This document shows positions 31,028-40,168 of a stretch of DNA of 50,467 bases, piece by piece. How positions within the stretch are numbered: position 1 is the first letter of the stretch; each line of letters opens with the position of its first letter. The position numbers were made by a program, and so were the translations under genes. This stretch comes from SAR324 cluster bacterium (GTDB lineage: Bacteria; SAR324; JACQKK01): NCBI GenBank assembly GCA_027297205.1, contig JAPUIH010000197.1, forward strand, positions 1 to 50,467. Reading direction: 5' to 3'. Below the pieces are notes generated by a model. It was given only the letters and a program-made list of their open reading frames with translations, was not told the DNA's origin and made no database searches.

Positions 31028-31815
31028 GCACGCCCTCCCCACCCTCGTTGCTGGCGCCGCACCATCTGCGCCTTTTCGCTGTCATTGTCGATTACCTGCT
31101 CATTATTACCGTACTCAAGCTGGTGGATCAGGTTGCCCTCGGCCGGCACTGGGATCTGGCGGCCGTGCCCCAGAACGGGATCGAATTGTCTCCCTTATGG
31201 GTCGCGGGAGCGGTTCTGCTGGCGCTGGGCAAGGACGCGGTGCGGGGCCGCAGCATTGGCAAATGGCTGACCGGCATTGCGGTAGCCACCAGCGCCGACC
31301 CTTCGCATCCTCCGTCCCCGGCCAAAACGCTCCTGCGAAACCTGTCCCTGGTGATTCTGCCGGTCGATGCGGTGCTCATGTTTACCGACCCTTATTGCAG
31401 GCGGCTTGGGGACAAGCTGGCGGGTACGGTGGTGGTGGTGACTCCGCAGGCCGCACCGCCCATGCGGCGGTTGATGGTGATCGCTATAATTTTCCTGGGA
31501 TTTCTGCTGGCTTCGTTTCTGGTCGCACCATGGAATATGAAGCGCAGCGCCGCCTATCAATTCGCGTTTCGGGCGGCTTCCGATTCTCCACAGTTGCGTT
31601 CGGCTGTCGGCTTCCCCTTCGAACTGGACAGTGCTTTGACTTTTCAGTTGCGGCAGCACGATCAGGGAGGCACGGCCAGCCTGACCTTCGAGGCTGAAGG
31701 ACCCCGTGGCAAGCGGAAGATGAGGATCGTGCTGCGCATGGCAATGTCTCCTCGCCGCTGGGTGTTTGAATCCGCCACCCTGCTCGGAGAAGATACGGCC
31801 GAGGATTCCCGTTAG
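31024..31815 (+). CDS. RDD-family membrane protein with a C-terminal Coa1-like domain
   Basis: The GTG start overlaps the upstream stop (GTGA). RDD-type N-terminus (RLFAVIVDYLLI...GRSIGKWLTGI). C-terminal AYQFAFRAASDSPQLRSAVGFPFE...GGTASLTFEAEGPRGKRKMRIVL...RRWVFESATL matches the pattern of cytochrome oxidase assembly protein 1 (PF08695). The Coa1 call is inference. Confidence 0.6.
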   Translation: MSTPSPPSLLAPHHLRLFAVIVDYLLIITVLKLVDQVALGRHWDLAAVPQNGIELSPLWVAGAVLLALGKDAVRGRSIGKWLTGIAVATSADPSHPPSPAKTLLRNLSLVILPVDAVLMFTDPYCRRLGDKLAGTVVVVTPQAAPPMRRLMVIAIIFLGFLLASFLVAPWNMKRSAAYQFAFRAASDSPQLRSAVGFPFELDSALTFQLRQHDQGGTASLTFEAEGPRGKRKMRIVLRMAMSPRRWVFESATLLGEDTAEDSR

Positions 31816-31831
31816 CCGGAGCGGCAGAGGG

Positions 31832-31996
31832 CTAGTTCTTCCCACCTTGATGCGCTTCCTCCGTGGACCTGCCCACGGGGAGTGGCGAGTTGGCCTCCTG
31901 AAGCCCTGCCACGTATTTGTTTATGAGGTGCACGGCCAGGAAAAACAGACCGATAATGATGAAGCTGATTAGATAGTTTCGCAGTATTCTGGACAT
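31832..31996 (-). CDS. Possible small single-pass membrane protein (54 aa)
   Basis: Internal ATG of track ORF 31832..32083: MSRILRNYLISFIIIGLFFLAVHLINKYV... has one clear TM helix. No homology is recognised. Confidence 0.25.
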   Translation of the reverse strand: MSRILRNYLISFIIIGLFFLAVHLINKYVAGLQEANSPLPVGRSTEEAHQGGKN

Positions 31997-32321
31997 GGCA
32001 TGCGGCGCGGGATTCGTTGGCCGGGATAGACACAAATTTTCCGGTGATGCACTTTCAGTAGTCGAGAACGGCCCGAATTGCAAAGGCCGCGGAATCTGAA
32101 TTTCTCCTCAATTATTTCAATTGCGCCTCTTGATTTTTCACCGCAAAGGCGGAAGTCTGAGCACCTGGGGAAATCATTTATTCAAACGGCCAGCGCTGAA
32201 TTCAGTTGCCCTCAATTGGCCCTTTCGCACTGCTGCTTGATGGCCGGGAGCACACTGGACAGGCACGCCGCCGCCGTGCCTAGAAGATTGCAGCACAGCT
32301 ATTCCGGACGAGGTTGCCCTG

Positions 32322-35039
32322 ATGGGGAGGTTTTTTGCGCTCGATACCATGGCGATTCTCTACCGTTCCCACTTCGCCATGATCCGCAATCCCCTCATCA
32401 ATTCCAAGGGCATCAACGTAAGTGGACTAAACGGCCTGCTGCACACACTGATTCGCATTATCGAATCCGAACAACCAGACTATCTGGCCGTCGTTTCCGA
32501 CGGGCCACAAGCCACTTTCCGCCACGAGCGCTACCCGGACTATAAAGCCACCCGGGAAAAAATGCCCGCCGAACTGGTGGAACAACTTCCCTACATTCCC
32601 CGCATTGTGGAAGCCCTGCAGCTTCCCTACCTGATCATTCCCGGCTTCGAGGCGGACGACATCATCGGCACCCTGGTACAGGAGGCGCACAAGCGCAAGC
32701 TGGAATCCTTCATGGTCACCGGGGACAAGGACTTCATGCAGCTTATCAACGAGCGCACTGTCATGTATGCGGCCAAGGGCGATGAAGTGGTGCTGACCAA
32801 GGCCGAGGGCGTGATGGATAAGTTCGGATGCAAACCCAACCAGGTGGTTGAGGTGCTGGCCTTGATGGGTGATTCCTCGGACAACGTGCCCGGCGTGCGG
32901 GGCGTGGGGGTAAAGACCGCCACCAAGCTCATCCAGGATTACGGAGGGCTGGAAAATATCTATGCACATCTAGACGAGATCAAGGGCAAAAAGCTGCACG
33001 AAAATCTGGCGAACGGCAGGGAGATGGCGTTTCTCTCCCGGGAGTTGGTGACGATTCGTCTGGACGTTCCCCTGGGTGTGGAATTTGACTCGCTCTCCGT
33101 ACATCCGGCTGCCCTGTCGGAAAACCAGCGGTTGATCGATCTGCTGACCGAGCTTGAGTTTCAGGGCATGCGGGACCGCCTGCTGAAAAAATCGGGCGCC
33201 CCCGCGGCCCCGGTGCAGCCGGAATCCGTGCGGTACCATACCCTGGACAGCCTGGAAGCCATCGCAGCCGTGCTGCCCCGCTGGGAAAAGGCCGGCATGC
33301 TTATATTCGATACGGAAACCACGGGGCTCGACTATTTTTCCGACAAGATAATCGGCCTGTCTTTTGCGGTGGAGGCGGAGGAGGCCTGGTATATCCCACT
33401 CAATAGCCCGGCCCTATCCGGCGAGCGGCAGCGGGTGTTGCAACTGCTGAAACCCTTGCTGGAAAATCCCGACCTTCCCAAGGGTGGTCACAACATGAAG
33501 TTCGACGTGCATATGCTGCTGGGCGAGGAGATCGAGGTGGAGGGCGCCGCCCACGACACCATGATTTCCTCTCATCTCAGCGAACCGGCGGAACGGCGGC
33601 ACGATCTGGACAGCGTGGCTTTGCGGAGGCTCGGATTCACCAAAATTCCCACCTCCGACCTGATTGGAAAAGGCAAGGACCAGATCACCATGGATCAAGT
33701 GCCCGTGGAGACGGTGAGCCATTACGCCTGCGAGGACGCGGACATTACCTACCGTCTGTTCAAGGCGTTTTCACCGCGCCTGGAGCAGACAAGCCAGCGG
33801 GAAGTGTTCGACACACTGGAGATGCCGCTGATGCCCGTGCTGGTGCTCCTGGAGCGGGCGGGAATCCGCTTCGACAAGGAGGGTGCACAGGCCATCTCGG
33901 CGGAGATGGAACTAAAGCTGGAGACAACGCGCGCCCAAATTTACGAGTTGGCCGGCGAAAAGGAATTCAACATCAACTCCATTCCGGACCTGCAGCGGGT
34001 GTTATACGAGAAGCTGCGGTTGCACGAGGAACTGAAAGTCCGGCCCAAGAAAATCAAGACCGGTATCGGGCTCTCCACGGACGAGGAAACCCTGGAGAAA
34101 ATGCAGGCCCATCCCCTGCCGCGCCTGCTGCTCAATTACCGGGAGTTGACCAAGCTGAAATCCACCTACCTCGATCAGCTGGCGGGGTTCATTAATCCGG
34201 TCACGGGAAAGATTCACAGCTCCTTCCGCCAGACCGTGGCGGCCACTGGGCGGCTGGCCTCCGACAATCCGAACTTGCAGAACATCCCCGTGCGCAGCGA
34301 GGAAGGCCGCAAGGTGCGCGCGCTCTTTCTGCCATCCGACGAGGAGCACGTGCTGCTGTCCGCGGATTATAGCCAGATCGAACTGCGCGTGGTGGCCGAT
34401 TATTCGGACGATCCAACATTTTTGCAGGCATTCCGCACGGACACGGACATCCACGACCTCACCTCGGCGGCAATCTTCGGCGTGGCGCCGGGCAAGGTGG
34501 AGCGGGAAATGCGCTCGGTGGCCAAGGAGGTTAACTTCGGACTGATTTACCGCATGGGCGCCGACCGCCTGGCCCAGGTCACCAACCGCACCCGGGATGA
34601 AGCCCGCGAGTTCATCGCGCGCTTTTTCGAAAAGTACCAGTCCGTGCGGGCACTGCAGGATGAACTGATGGATAAGGCCCGCAAGGAGGGCTACGCGGAA
34701 ACCAAGCTGGGCCGCAGGCGCTACCTGCCCGAAATCAACAGCAACAACGGCTTCGCCGCCCGCATCTCCGAAGGCATGGCCATCAACACGCCCATCCAGG
34801 GCACTGCCGCGGAGATTATCAAGCTGGCCATGATCTCCCTGGACAGGCGGCTGAACGAGGAAGGATTGCGCTCCAAGATGGTGCTTACCATTCACGACGA
34901 ATTGCTGTTCGACGCCAGGCGCGATGAGGTGGAACTCCTGCAAAAGCTTGCGCGCGAAGAAATGGAAAACGCCATGGAACTGAAAGTGCCCCTCAAGGTC
35001 GAAATGGGACTGGGAGAAAACTGGTTGGAGGCCCATTAA
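32322..35039 (+). CDS. polA: DNA polymerase I (5'-3' exonuclease, 3'-5' exonuclease and polymerase domains)
   Basis: 905 aa. Exo motifs FDTETTGL, GHNMKFD, YACEDAD. Polymerase motif A DYSQIELR, motif B RSVAKEVNFGLIY, motif C IHDELLF. Confidence 0.97.
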   Translation: MGRFFALDTMAILYRSHFAMIRNPLINSKGINVSGLNGLLHTLIRIIESEQPDYLAVVSDGPQATFRHERYPDYKATREKMPAELVEQLPYIPRIVEALQLPYLIIPGFEADDIIGTLVQEAHKRKLESFMVTGDKDFMQLINERTVMYAAKGDEVVLTKAEGVMDKFGCKPNQVVEVLALMGDSSDNVPGVRGVGVKTATKLIQDYGGLENIYAHLDEIKGKKLHENLANGREMAFLSRELVTIRLDVPLGVEFDSLSVHPAALSENQRLIDLLTELEFQGMRDRLLKKSGAPAAPVQPESVRYHTLDSLEAIAAVLPRWEKAGMLIFDTETTGLDYFSDKIIGLSFAVEAEEAWYIPLNSPALSGERQRVLQLLKPLLENPDLPKGGHNMKFDVHMLLGEEIEVEGAAHDTMISSHLSEPAERRHDLDSVALRRLGFTKIPTSDLIGKGKDQITMDQVPVETVSHYACEDADITYRLFKAFSPRLEQTSQREVFDTLEMPLMPVLVLLERAGIRFDKEGAQAISAEMELKLETTRAQIYELAGEKEFNINSIPDLQRVLYEKLRLHEELKVRPKKIKTGIGLSTDEETLEKMQAHPLPRLLLNYRELTKLKSTYLDQLAGFINPVTGKIHSSFRQTVAATGRLASDNPNLQNIPVRSEEGRKVRALFLPSDEEHVLLSADYSQIELRVVADYSDDPTFLQAFRTDTDIHDLTSAAIFGVAPGKVEREMRSVAKEVNFGLIYRMGADRLAQVTNRTRDEAREFIARFFEKYQSVRALQDELMDKARKEGYAETKLGRRRYLPEINSNNGFAARISEGMAINTPIQGTAAEIIKLAMISLDRRLNEEGLRSKMVLTIHDELLFDARRDEVELLQKLAREEMENAMELKVPLKVEMGLGENWLEAH

Positions 35040-35106
35040 GCGCCGCGGCAGGCGGCCGGCACCACCGAACAATTGAAATATTTGCAGGCAATCTCTGGAG
35101 GCTTTG

Positions 35107-35430
35107 ATGGATCTGTACAATTTGCAGGAAAAAACCGCGTTCCAGCCCGGCAAAATGGCCAAGGTGGATCTGGTGAAAAGTGCGCACATGATGTCCGGGT
35201 TGAATTGCTTTGAGCCGGGTCAGGAGCAAAAGGTGCACGCCCACGGCGGAGCCGACAAGCTGTATTACGTGGTGGAAGGCAGCGGTGAATTCGAAGTGGG
35301 GGATGAGAAAAAAACGCTATCCCAGGGAGACCTGATCTATGTGGCGGAAGACATCCCCCATGGTGTGGTGAACAACAGCAACGAGCGGCTTGTAGTGCTG
35401 ATCGTGATTGCGCCCAATCCTTTCGGGTAA
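35107..35430 (+). CDS. Cupin-domain protein
   Basis: About 107 aa. GGAGG SD lies 6 nt before ATG 35107. Cupin motifs QKVHAHGGADKLYYVVEGSGEF and IPHGVVN. Confidence 0.75.
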   Translation: MDLYNLQEKTAFQPGKMAKVDLVKSAHMMSGLNCFEPGQEQKVHAHGGADKLYYVVEGSGEFEVGDEKKTLSQGDLIYVAEDIPHGVVNNSNERLVVLIVIAPNPFG

Positions 35431-35495
35431 AGGCCTCCGGACGGGAAGCGGCGCGGGATCAACAAGGATTGTTCAACCCTCTCGATAGATCGACC

Positions 35496-36401
35496 ATGGG
35501 CCGGAAGAAGAAAGAACTAAAACAATTGACCCAATTGCCGCTGACGGCCATCTCTCTGGGCGGCGGTATGTCCCTCAAGGCTTACGGAAAAGACAAGATC
35601 GCGGAGATGACGCGCTCCTTGTCCAGCACTGGCATGCGGGACCCGCTGCTGGTGAAGCCACTGTTGCGGGCGGGCCGCTACGGGCTGGTGATCGGCGGAT
35701 GCCGCTATCATGCCGCCGTTCAGCTGGGTTGGAAGAACGCGGACTGCCTGGTGCTCGACAACTCCCTCAGCGAGGAAATCCGCGTGCTGGAAAAACTACG
35801 CACGGACGACTTTACCCCCTGGGAAATGGCCGATGCCCTGCACCGGCTGAAGGAGCAACTCGATTGCACCCAGACTCACCTGGGTCAGGCCGTTGGCCGC
35901 AACCGGGATTTTGTCACCAACCTGCTCGCCCTGACTCAGATTACTCCAGAGACCCGCGAGTTTATTCATTCCCACCAAAACGGCGGCCGGCTCACCGCAC
36001 GGCATTTGCGCTACGTAGGCCGCGCCGCGCCCAGTGCGCAAATCCGCATCGCCCGCAATATCCTGGGCAAACGGGTTTCCACCACGGAACTGGAAAAGTC
36101 CCAGGGTGGATCGGAGGCAAAGAGGCCGAAAATCCGGTTTCCCGGCCTACGGGCCTTGCGCCCGGCCCAGGAGGGAGAGAGCCCCCGCGATCTGAAGGAA
36201 TGGAAGAAATACAACCGTCAACTCAACACCGATCTGCGCCGCGTTGACAAACAGGAAACCGAAGAACTGCGCAGGACACGGCGGCTGATCGCCGACGCCC
36301 GCCAGCGCCAGCAACTGGTGAAGCAGGAAGCAGCCCGTAAACGGAGAGACCTGTTGCGCGAGTTGCGCCGCAGCAAGAGGCAAATCGGACAGCCGAGGTG
36401 A
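35496..36401 (+). CDS. ParB/Noc/Spo0J-like N-terminal-domain + HTH protein with a highly basic C-terminal tail; orphan (no ParA)
   Basis: ATG 35496 (the track TTG 35469 is an alternative). ParB-N block DPLLVKPLLRAGRYGLVIGGCRYHAAVQLGW (compare Spo0J ...IVAGERRFRAAKLAG). HTH THLGQAVGRNRDFVTNLLAL. C-terminus RRTRRLIADARQRQQLVKQEAARKRRDLLRELRRSKR. Confidence 0.65.
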   Translation: MGRKKKELKQLTQLPLTAISLGGGMSLKAYGKDKIAEMTRSLSSTGMRDPLLVKPLLRAGRYGLVIGGCRYHAAVQLGWKNADCLVLDNSLSEEIRVLEKLRTDDFTPWEMADALHRLKEQLDCTQTHLGQAVGRNRDFVTNLLALTQITPETREFIHSHQNGGRLTARHLRYVGRAAPSAQIRIARNILGKRVSTTELEKSQGGSEAKRPKIRFPGLRALRPAQEGESPRDLKEWKKYNRQLNTDLRRVDKQETEELRRTRRLIADARQRQQLVKQEAARKRRDLLRELRRSKRQIGQPR

Positions 36402-36426
36402 TCCGCCGCGCCGGCGGCACGGGGGC

Positions 36427-37590
36427 TTAGTCCCGTCCGGCGGCTTTACGGGCCTTGCCCGGCAAAGGGCGCAAGGCGGGGTGAATCTCGTGCTTGCTCA
36501 CCAGCGGTCTGGTATCCGTACCCGCCTTACGCATGATGCTCACCATCTCCGCCACGATGGACACAGCGATTTCCGCCGGAGTCTCTCCCCCGATGTCCAG
36601 ACCCACAGGCGCGTGTACATGCTCGAAATTGTCGCGGGAATAGCCCTGTTCTTCCAGCAACTGGAACACAGCCCTGATGCGGCGCGTGCTGCCGATCATA
36701 CCAAGATAAGCCAGGGGCTCCCCCCGGTCGATCACGACCCGCAATGCGTCCATGTCCAGAGTATGGCCCCTTGTGACCAGCACAAGGTAGCTATGGGCAC
36801 TCAGCTCCATCTCCCGCGCAACGTCCAGAATCGGACCGCACACCACCTGTGTGGCATCTGGAAAGCGCTGCCGGTTCGCAAACAGCGTCCGGTCATCCAC
36901 CACGACGGTACGGAAGCCGCACATGCGGGCCATTTGCTCCAGCGGCTCGGCGATATGCCCCGCGCCTATCACGATCAAAGTGGGAATGGGCAGCCATCTT
37001 TCCGTATAGATTTCCCGCTCTCCAATCTTCTTAAGCTGGGAATGTCTGGTTTCGGGAAGGTCCGGCAGCTTCAGGTCAAACTCCTGCCCAGGGGTAAGCA
37101 ATTTTCCCGATGGTTCCTGGATCACGATCTGGCCGATATGAGCGTCCTCTGGGGTGCTATCCTGTACGATCTGGTGGACAATCACTTCCCGGTCGCCTCC
37201 CGCCAGGTTTTTCAACATACTGGCCAGGGCGATGCGTTCGGGCGTGGGCTGCCAAGGCTGGATGAACACGCGCAAGGTGCCTCCGCACACGGCTTCACTG
37301 TCGGTTGATATATCCTCGGTGAGATCGGCCAGGTCCTCCCGGATTTTGCCATCATGGAGGGAGAGCCGGGCTTTTTGGATCACCCCGGCCTCCCCGCAAC
37401 CCCCGCCGATGGTGCCGCTCAGGCTGCCGTCGCTGCGCACCAGCATGCGTGAGCCTTCCCCGCGGGGTGTCGAGCCTTTGGTCTGGATCACCGTGGCTTC
37501 CGCCACCGGATTGCCCTCGCGAAGCTGATGTTCTATTTCCTGATATATTTTCCGGTTGGACATGGCTTTCGATTGTTTGGCCCGCGCCAT
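36427..37590 (-). CDS. XdhC/CoxI-family accessory (molybdoenzyme maturation) protein
   Basis: 387 aa. XdhC_CoxI N-domain ATVIQTKGSTPRGEGSRMLVRSDGSLSGTIGGGCGE plus a Rossmann-like C-domain LIVIGAGHIAEPL. ATG 37563 is an alternative start. Confidence 0.8.
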   Translation of the reverse strand: MARAKQSKAMSNRKIYQEIEHQLREGNPVAEATVIQTKGSTPRGEGSRMLVRSDGSLSGTIGGGCGEAGVIQKARLSLHDGKIREDLADLTEDISTDSEAVCGGTLRVFIQPWQPTPERIALASMLKNLAGGDREVIVHQIVQDSTPEDAHIGQIVIQEPSGKLLTPGQEFDLKLPDLPETRHSQLKKIGEREIYTERWLPIPTLIVIGAGHIAEPLEQMARMCGFRTVVVDDRTLFANRQRFPDATQVVCGPILDVAREMELSAHSYLVLVTRGHTLDMDALRVVIDRGEPLAYLGMIGSTRRIRAVFQLLEEQGYSRDNFEHVHAPVGLDIGGETPAEIAVSIVAEMVSIMRKAGTDTRPLVSKHEIHPALRPLPGKARKAAGRD

Positions 37591-37765
37591 TTGAACGCAG
37601 ACTGTGTTTTAAATAATTTTTTTCGCCCGGTGCGTTCAGTCTACCACAGGAACATCGGTCAATAGAAGCGCGCATCTTGCGGGTAGCGCGCACGGCACGT
37701 CCTGTGTAACCCTGCGGACAGGGACCCCAAGTCCCATCCGATTTGGCAATTAACGATGGCCCGCT

Positions 37766-38587
37766 ATGCAGCCCTGGATGCCGGACTGGAACAAAATGAT
37801 GGAAGAGGCGCCCGAGATTTCGGTGGCGCCCGGCAAGGGTTATGTGTACCTGATTGCCGACTCGCATCTGGGGGACGTGCGGGCGCCCACGGGCCCATTC
37901 TTCGAAATGCTGGGCGAGTTGAGGGACGCCCGGCTGGTGGTTTTTCTGGGCGATCTGTTCAAGGTATGGCTGGCCATGCCCAAGTTCTGGGACAGGCATA
38001 TGCGCGAAATCCTGGCCGGATTTCAGACCCTGCGCGACTCGGGTGTGCCCATCATGTTTGTAGTGGGAAATCGGGAATTCTTTCTGCCCAGGAATGCCGC
38101 GCAGGCTCGCAGGCGGCAAGTGCCCTTCGACCATATCGTGGAGGGGGCCTGCGTATTGCGCTGGGGAAACCGGCGCTATGGAATGACCCATGGGGACATC
38201 ATTAACCGCGCCGACATCCGCCACCTAAAATGGCGCCGGTTCTCCCGCGGCAGATTGATCGAGATTTTATTTCGGATTATGCCGGGCTGGCTGGCCCGCG
38301 GCATCGCCCATCGTCTGGAGCGGAGTATGGCGAAGAGCAATGTGGAAATCAAAGTGCAATATCCCATTGGTGAAATCAAAGCCTTTGCCGAAACGGTGAT
38401 CTCCGGCCTGGACGGCTTCTTCGTGGGTCATTTCCACCGGGACGAAATAATATCCGTCCCGAATACCAAAGCCAAACTGCGGATTGTGCCGGACTGGCAT
38501 TCCCGCAAGATCGTTTTGCGGCTGGACAGCAAGGGCAAGATCACAGCCCTGCGTTTCCAGCCGGATGATTCCGCCGCCGTTGGGTAA
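37766..38587 (+). CDS. lpxH: UDP-2,3-diacylglucosamine diphosphatase (LpxH-like metallophosphoesterase)
   Basis: 273 aa. YLIADSHLGD, VFLGDLFKVW, FVVGNREFF, YGMTHGD. These parallel E. coli LpxH blocks FIADLHL / ILGDLFEAW / IHGNRDFL / IMHGD. Confidence 0.7.
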   Translation: MQPWMPDWNKMMEEAPEISVAPGKGYVYLIADSHLGDVRAPTGPFFEMLGELRDARLVVFLGDLFKVWLAMPKFWDRHMREILAGFQTLRDSGVPIMFVVGNREFFLPRNAAQARRRQVPFDHIVEGACVLRWGNRRYGMTHGDIINRADIRHLKWRRFSRGRLIEILFRIMPGWLARGIAHRLERSMAKSNVEIKVQYPIGEIKAFAETVISGLDGFFVGHFHRDEIISVPNTKAKLRIVPDWHSRKIVLRLDSKGKITALRFQPDDSAAVG

Positions 38588-38621
38588 TAGCAGGCCGCCG
38601 GCTTCCTCCCAGAGATTCGCC

Positions 38622-39410
38622 TCAGGATTTCTTTCTGTTTTTGATCTGCTGCAGAGCTTCTTCGATGGATTCGGGAGAAGGTGAATGCCCGCGCGCCCTG
38701 CCCCGGGTGGCACGCACCTGTTGTTTGAGGGCGGCCAGCTCGGCCTCCAAGTCCGGCGATGCGGAGGGTTTTCCCCGTGGCGCCTTGGAGGCTTCTTCCT
38801 GGGGCTTGGCCTGGGATTTGGCGGAGGGATTTTTGTTGGCGGGCCGCGCTTCGCTGTTGGGTCCGGTGGCACCCTTGGGGGATTCATCCCCAACGCCCTC
38901 AAGGGCCTGCACGACTTCCATGAACACGGACAAGGCCCAGTCGAGCAGTTTGTCCATCATCCGACTGAAATTCTGTTGCATGTCCAGTCCGAATTTGCCC
39001 AACAGGTCCTGAACCTCCTGCATCAGTACGTCCAACTCCTCATCATTCTCTGGAGGTGGAGGGGGCGGACGGGCGCTGCGCCTGCGGGTGGCGCCCGCCG
39101 CACCGCGCGCACTCCCAGCGCGGCGGGCCGCGCCGGTGCCATGCCCGGCCTTGGGCCGTACGGATTCGGTGCTGCGCACGCGGGCGGCGCTGCGTTTTCG
39201 GTCGTATTCTCTCCGCTTCGCCGGGTTGGTCAGCGTCTCATAGGCATGGGCCAGTTGGATGAACTGGCGGTGCATTGTGTCCTTTTCCTGCCCAGACAGA
39301 TGGGGATGGGCATCCGGATGGGCACGCTTGGCATGACGCCGGAAAGCCGTGCGGATTTCATCCGCGCTGGCGGTGGCCTTAACGCCGAGCAGGTTGTAAT
39401 AATCCATCAT
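38622..39410 (-). CDS. J-domain (DnaJ-like) protein with Arg-rich, poly-Pro and Lys/Ala-rich regions
   Basis: 262 aa. DYYNLLGVKATASADEIRTAFRRHAKRAHPDAHP (HPD motif). No G/F region or zinc-finger domain. Confidence 0.8.
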   Translation of the reverse strand: MMDYYNLLGVKATASADEIRTAFRRHAKRAHPDAHPHLSGQEKDTMHRQFIQLAHAYETLTNPAKRREYDRKRSAARVRSTESVRPKAGHGTGAARRAGSARGAAGATRRRSARPPPPPPENDEELDVLMQEVQDLLGKFGLDMQQNFSRMMDKLLDWALSVFMEVVQALEGVGDESPKGATGPNSEARPANKNPSAKSQAKPQEEASKAPRGKPSASPDLEAELAALKQQVRATRGRARGHSPSPESIEEALQQIKNRKKS

Positions 39411-39562
39411 GTCCTGCTATATTCGCTCAGTACCATCGGGTATGGCATAACCCTGGAGAGTCCCAAGGGACTCCATGCAAGAAGCTGGTCCTTCCACGAT
39501 CAGTTGCTCAGGGATGGCAGGAAAGGACACCGGCCACAACCCCCCCTCGCCAACGGACAAGG

Positions 39563-40168
39563 ATGTCACGAATTCTCTATTTTGACCTGGAAACCAGATA
39601 CTCCGCCGACGAAGTGGGCGGCTGGGGCAACGTTATGGACATGGGAATGTCCGTTGGCGTGATCTGGGATTCCCATGACGAACAGTTCCACGTGTATCTG
39701 GAAAATCAAGTGCCGGCCCTCATGGTCCATCTGCACCAGGGGCAACTGATTGTCGGATTCAACCATGTCGAGTTCGACCTGCGGGTGCTGGCGGGCAGCC
39801 AGCCCACCCCGGAACAGCGCCATCAGCTGTACCTTGAATTGCTGACGCTAACCCATTTTGACATGTTGACCGAATTGAAAAAAGTGCTCGGTCATCGCAT
39901 CAAACTCGACTCCCTGGCCCGCTCCACCCTGCAGGCTGGAAAATCCGCCGACGGCCTTCAGGCCCTCACATGGTACAAGGACGGCCGGATCGATCTGATC
40001 GTCGAATATTGCAAACAGGATGTCGAAGTGACGCGGCGGTTGTTCGAATACGCGTTGAACAACAAGGAATTGTCCTACGACAGCCGTTCAGGAATAAAAA
40101 CGGTTGCCCTGGACTGGACCGTGGATGCCCCACCTGCGGTAGGCAGTGAGCAGATGTCTTTATTTTAG
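39563..40168 (+). CDS. RNase H-fold DEDD 3'-5' exonuclease (PolB-exo/YprB-like)
   Basis: 201 aa. Exo I YFDLET, Exo II GFNHVEFDL, Exo III YCKQDVEVT. Confidence 0.65.
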   Translation: MSRILYFDLETRYSADEVGGWGNVMDMGMSVGVIWDSHDEQFHVYLENQVPALMVHLHQGQLIVGFNHVEFDLRVLAGSQPTPEQRHQLYLELLTLTHFDMLTELKKVLGHRIKLDSLARSTLQAGKSADGLQALTWYKDGRIDLIVEYCKQDVEVTRRLFEYALNNKELSYDSRSGIKTVALDWTVDAPPAVGSEQMSLF

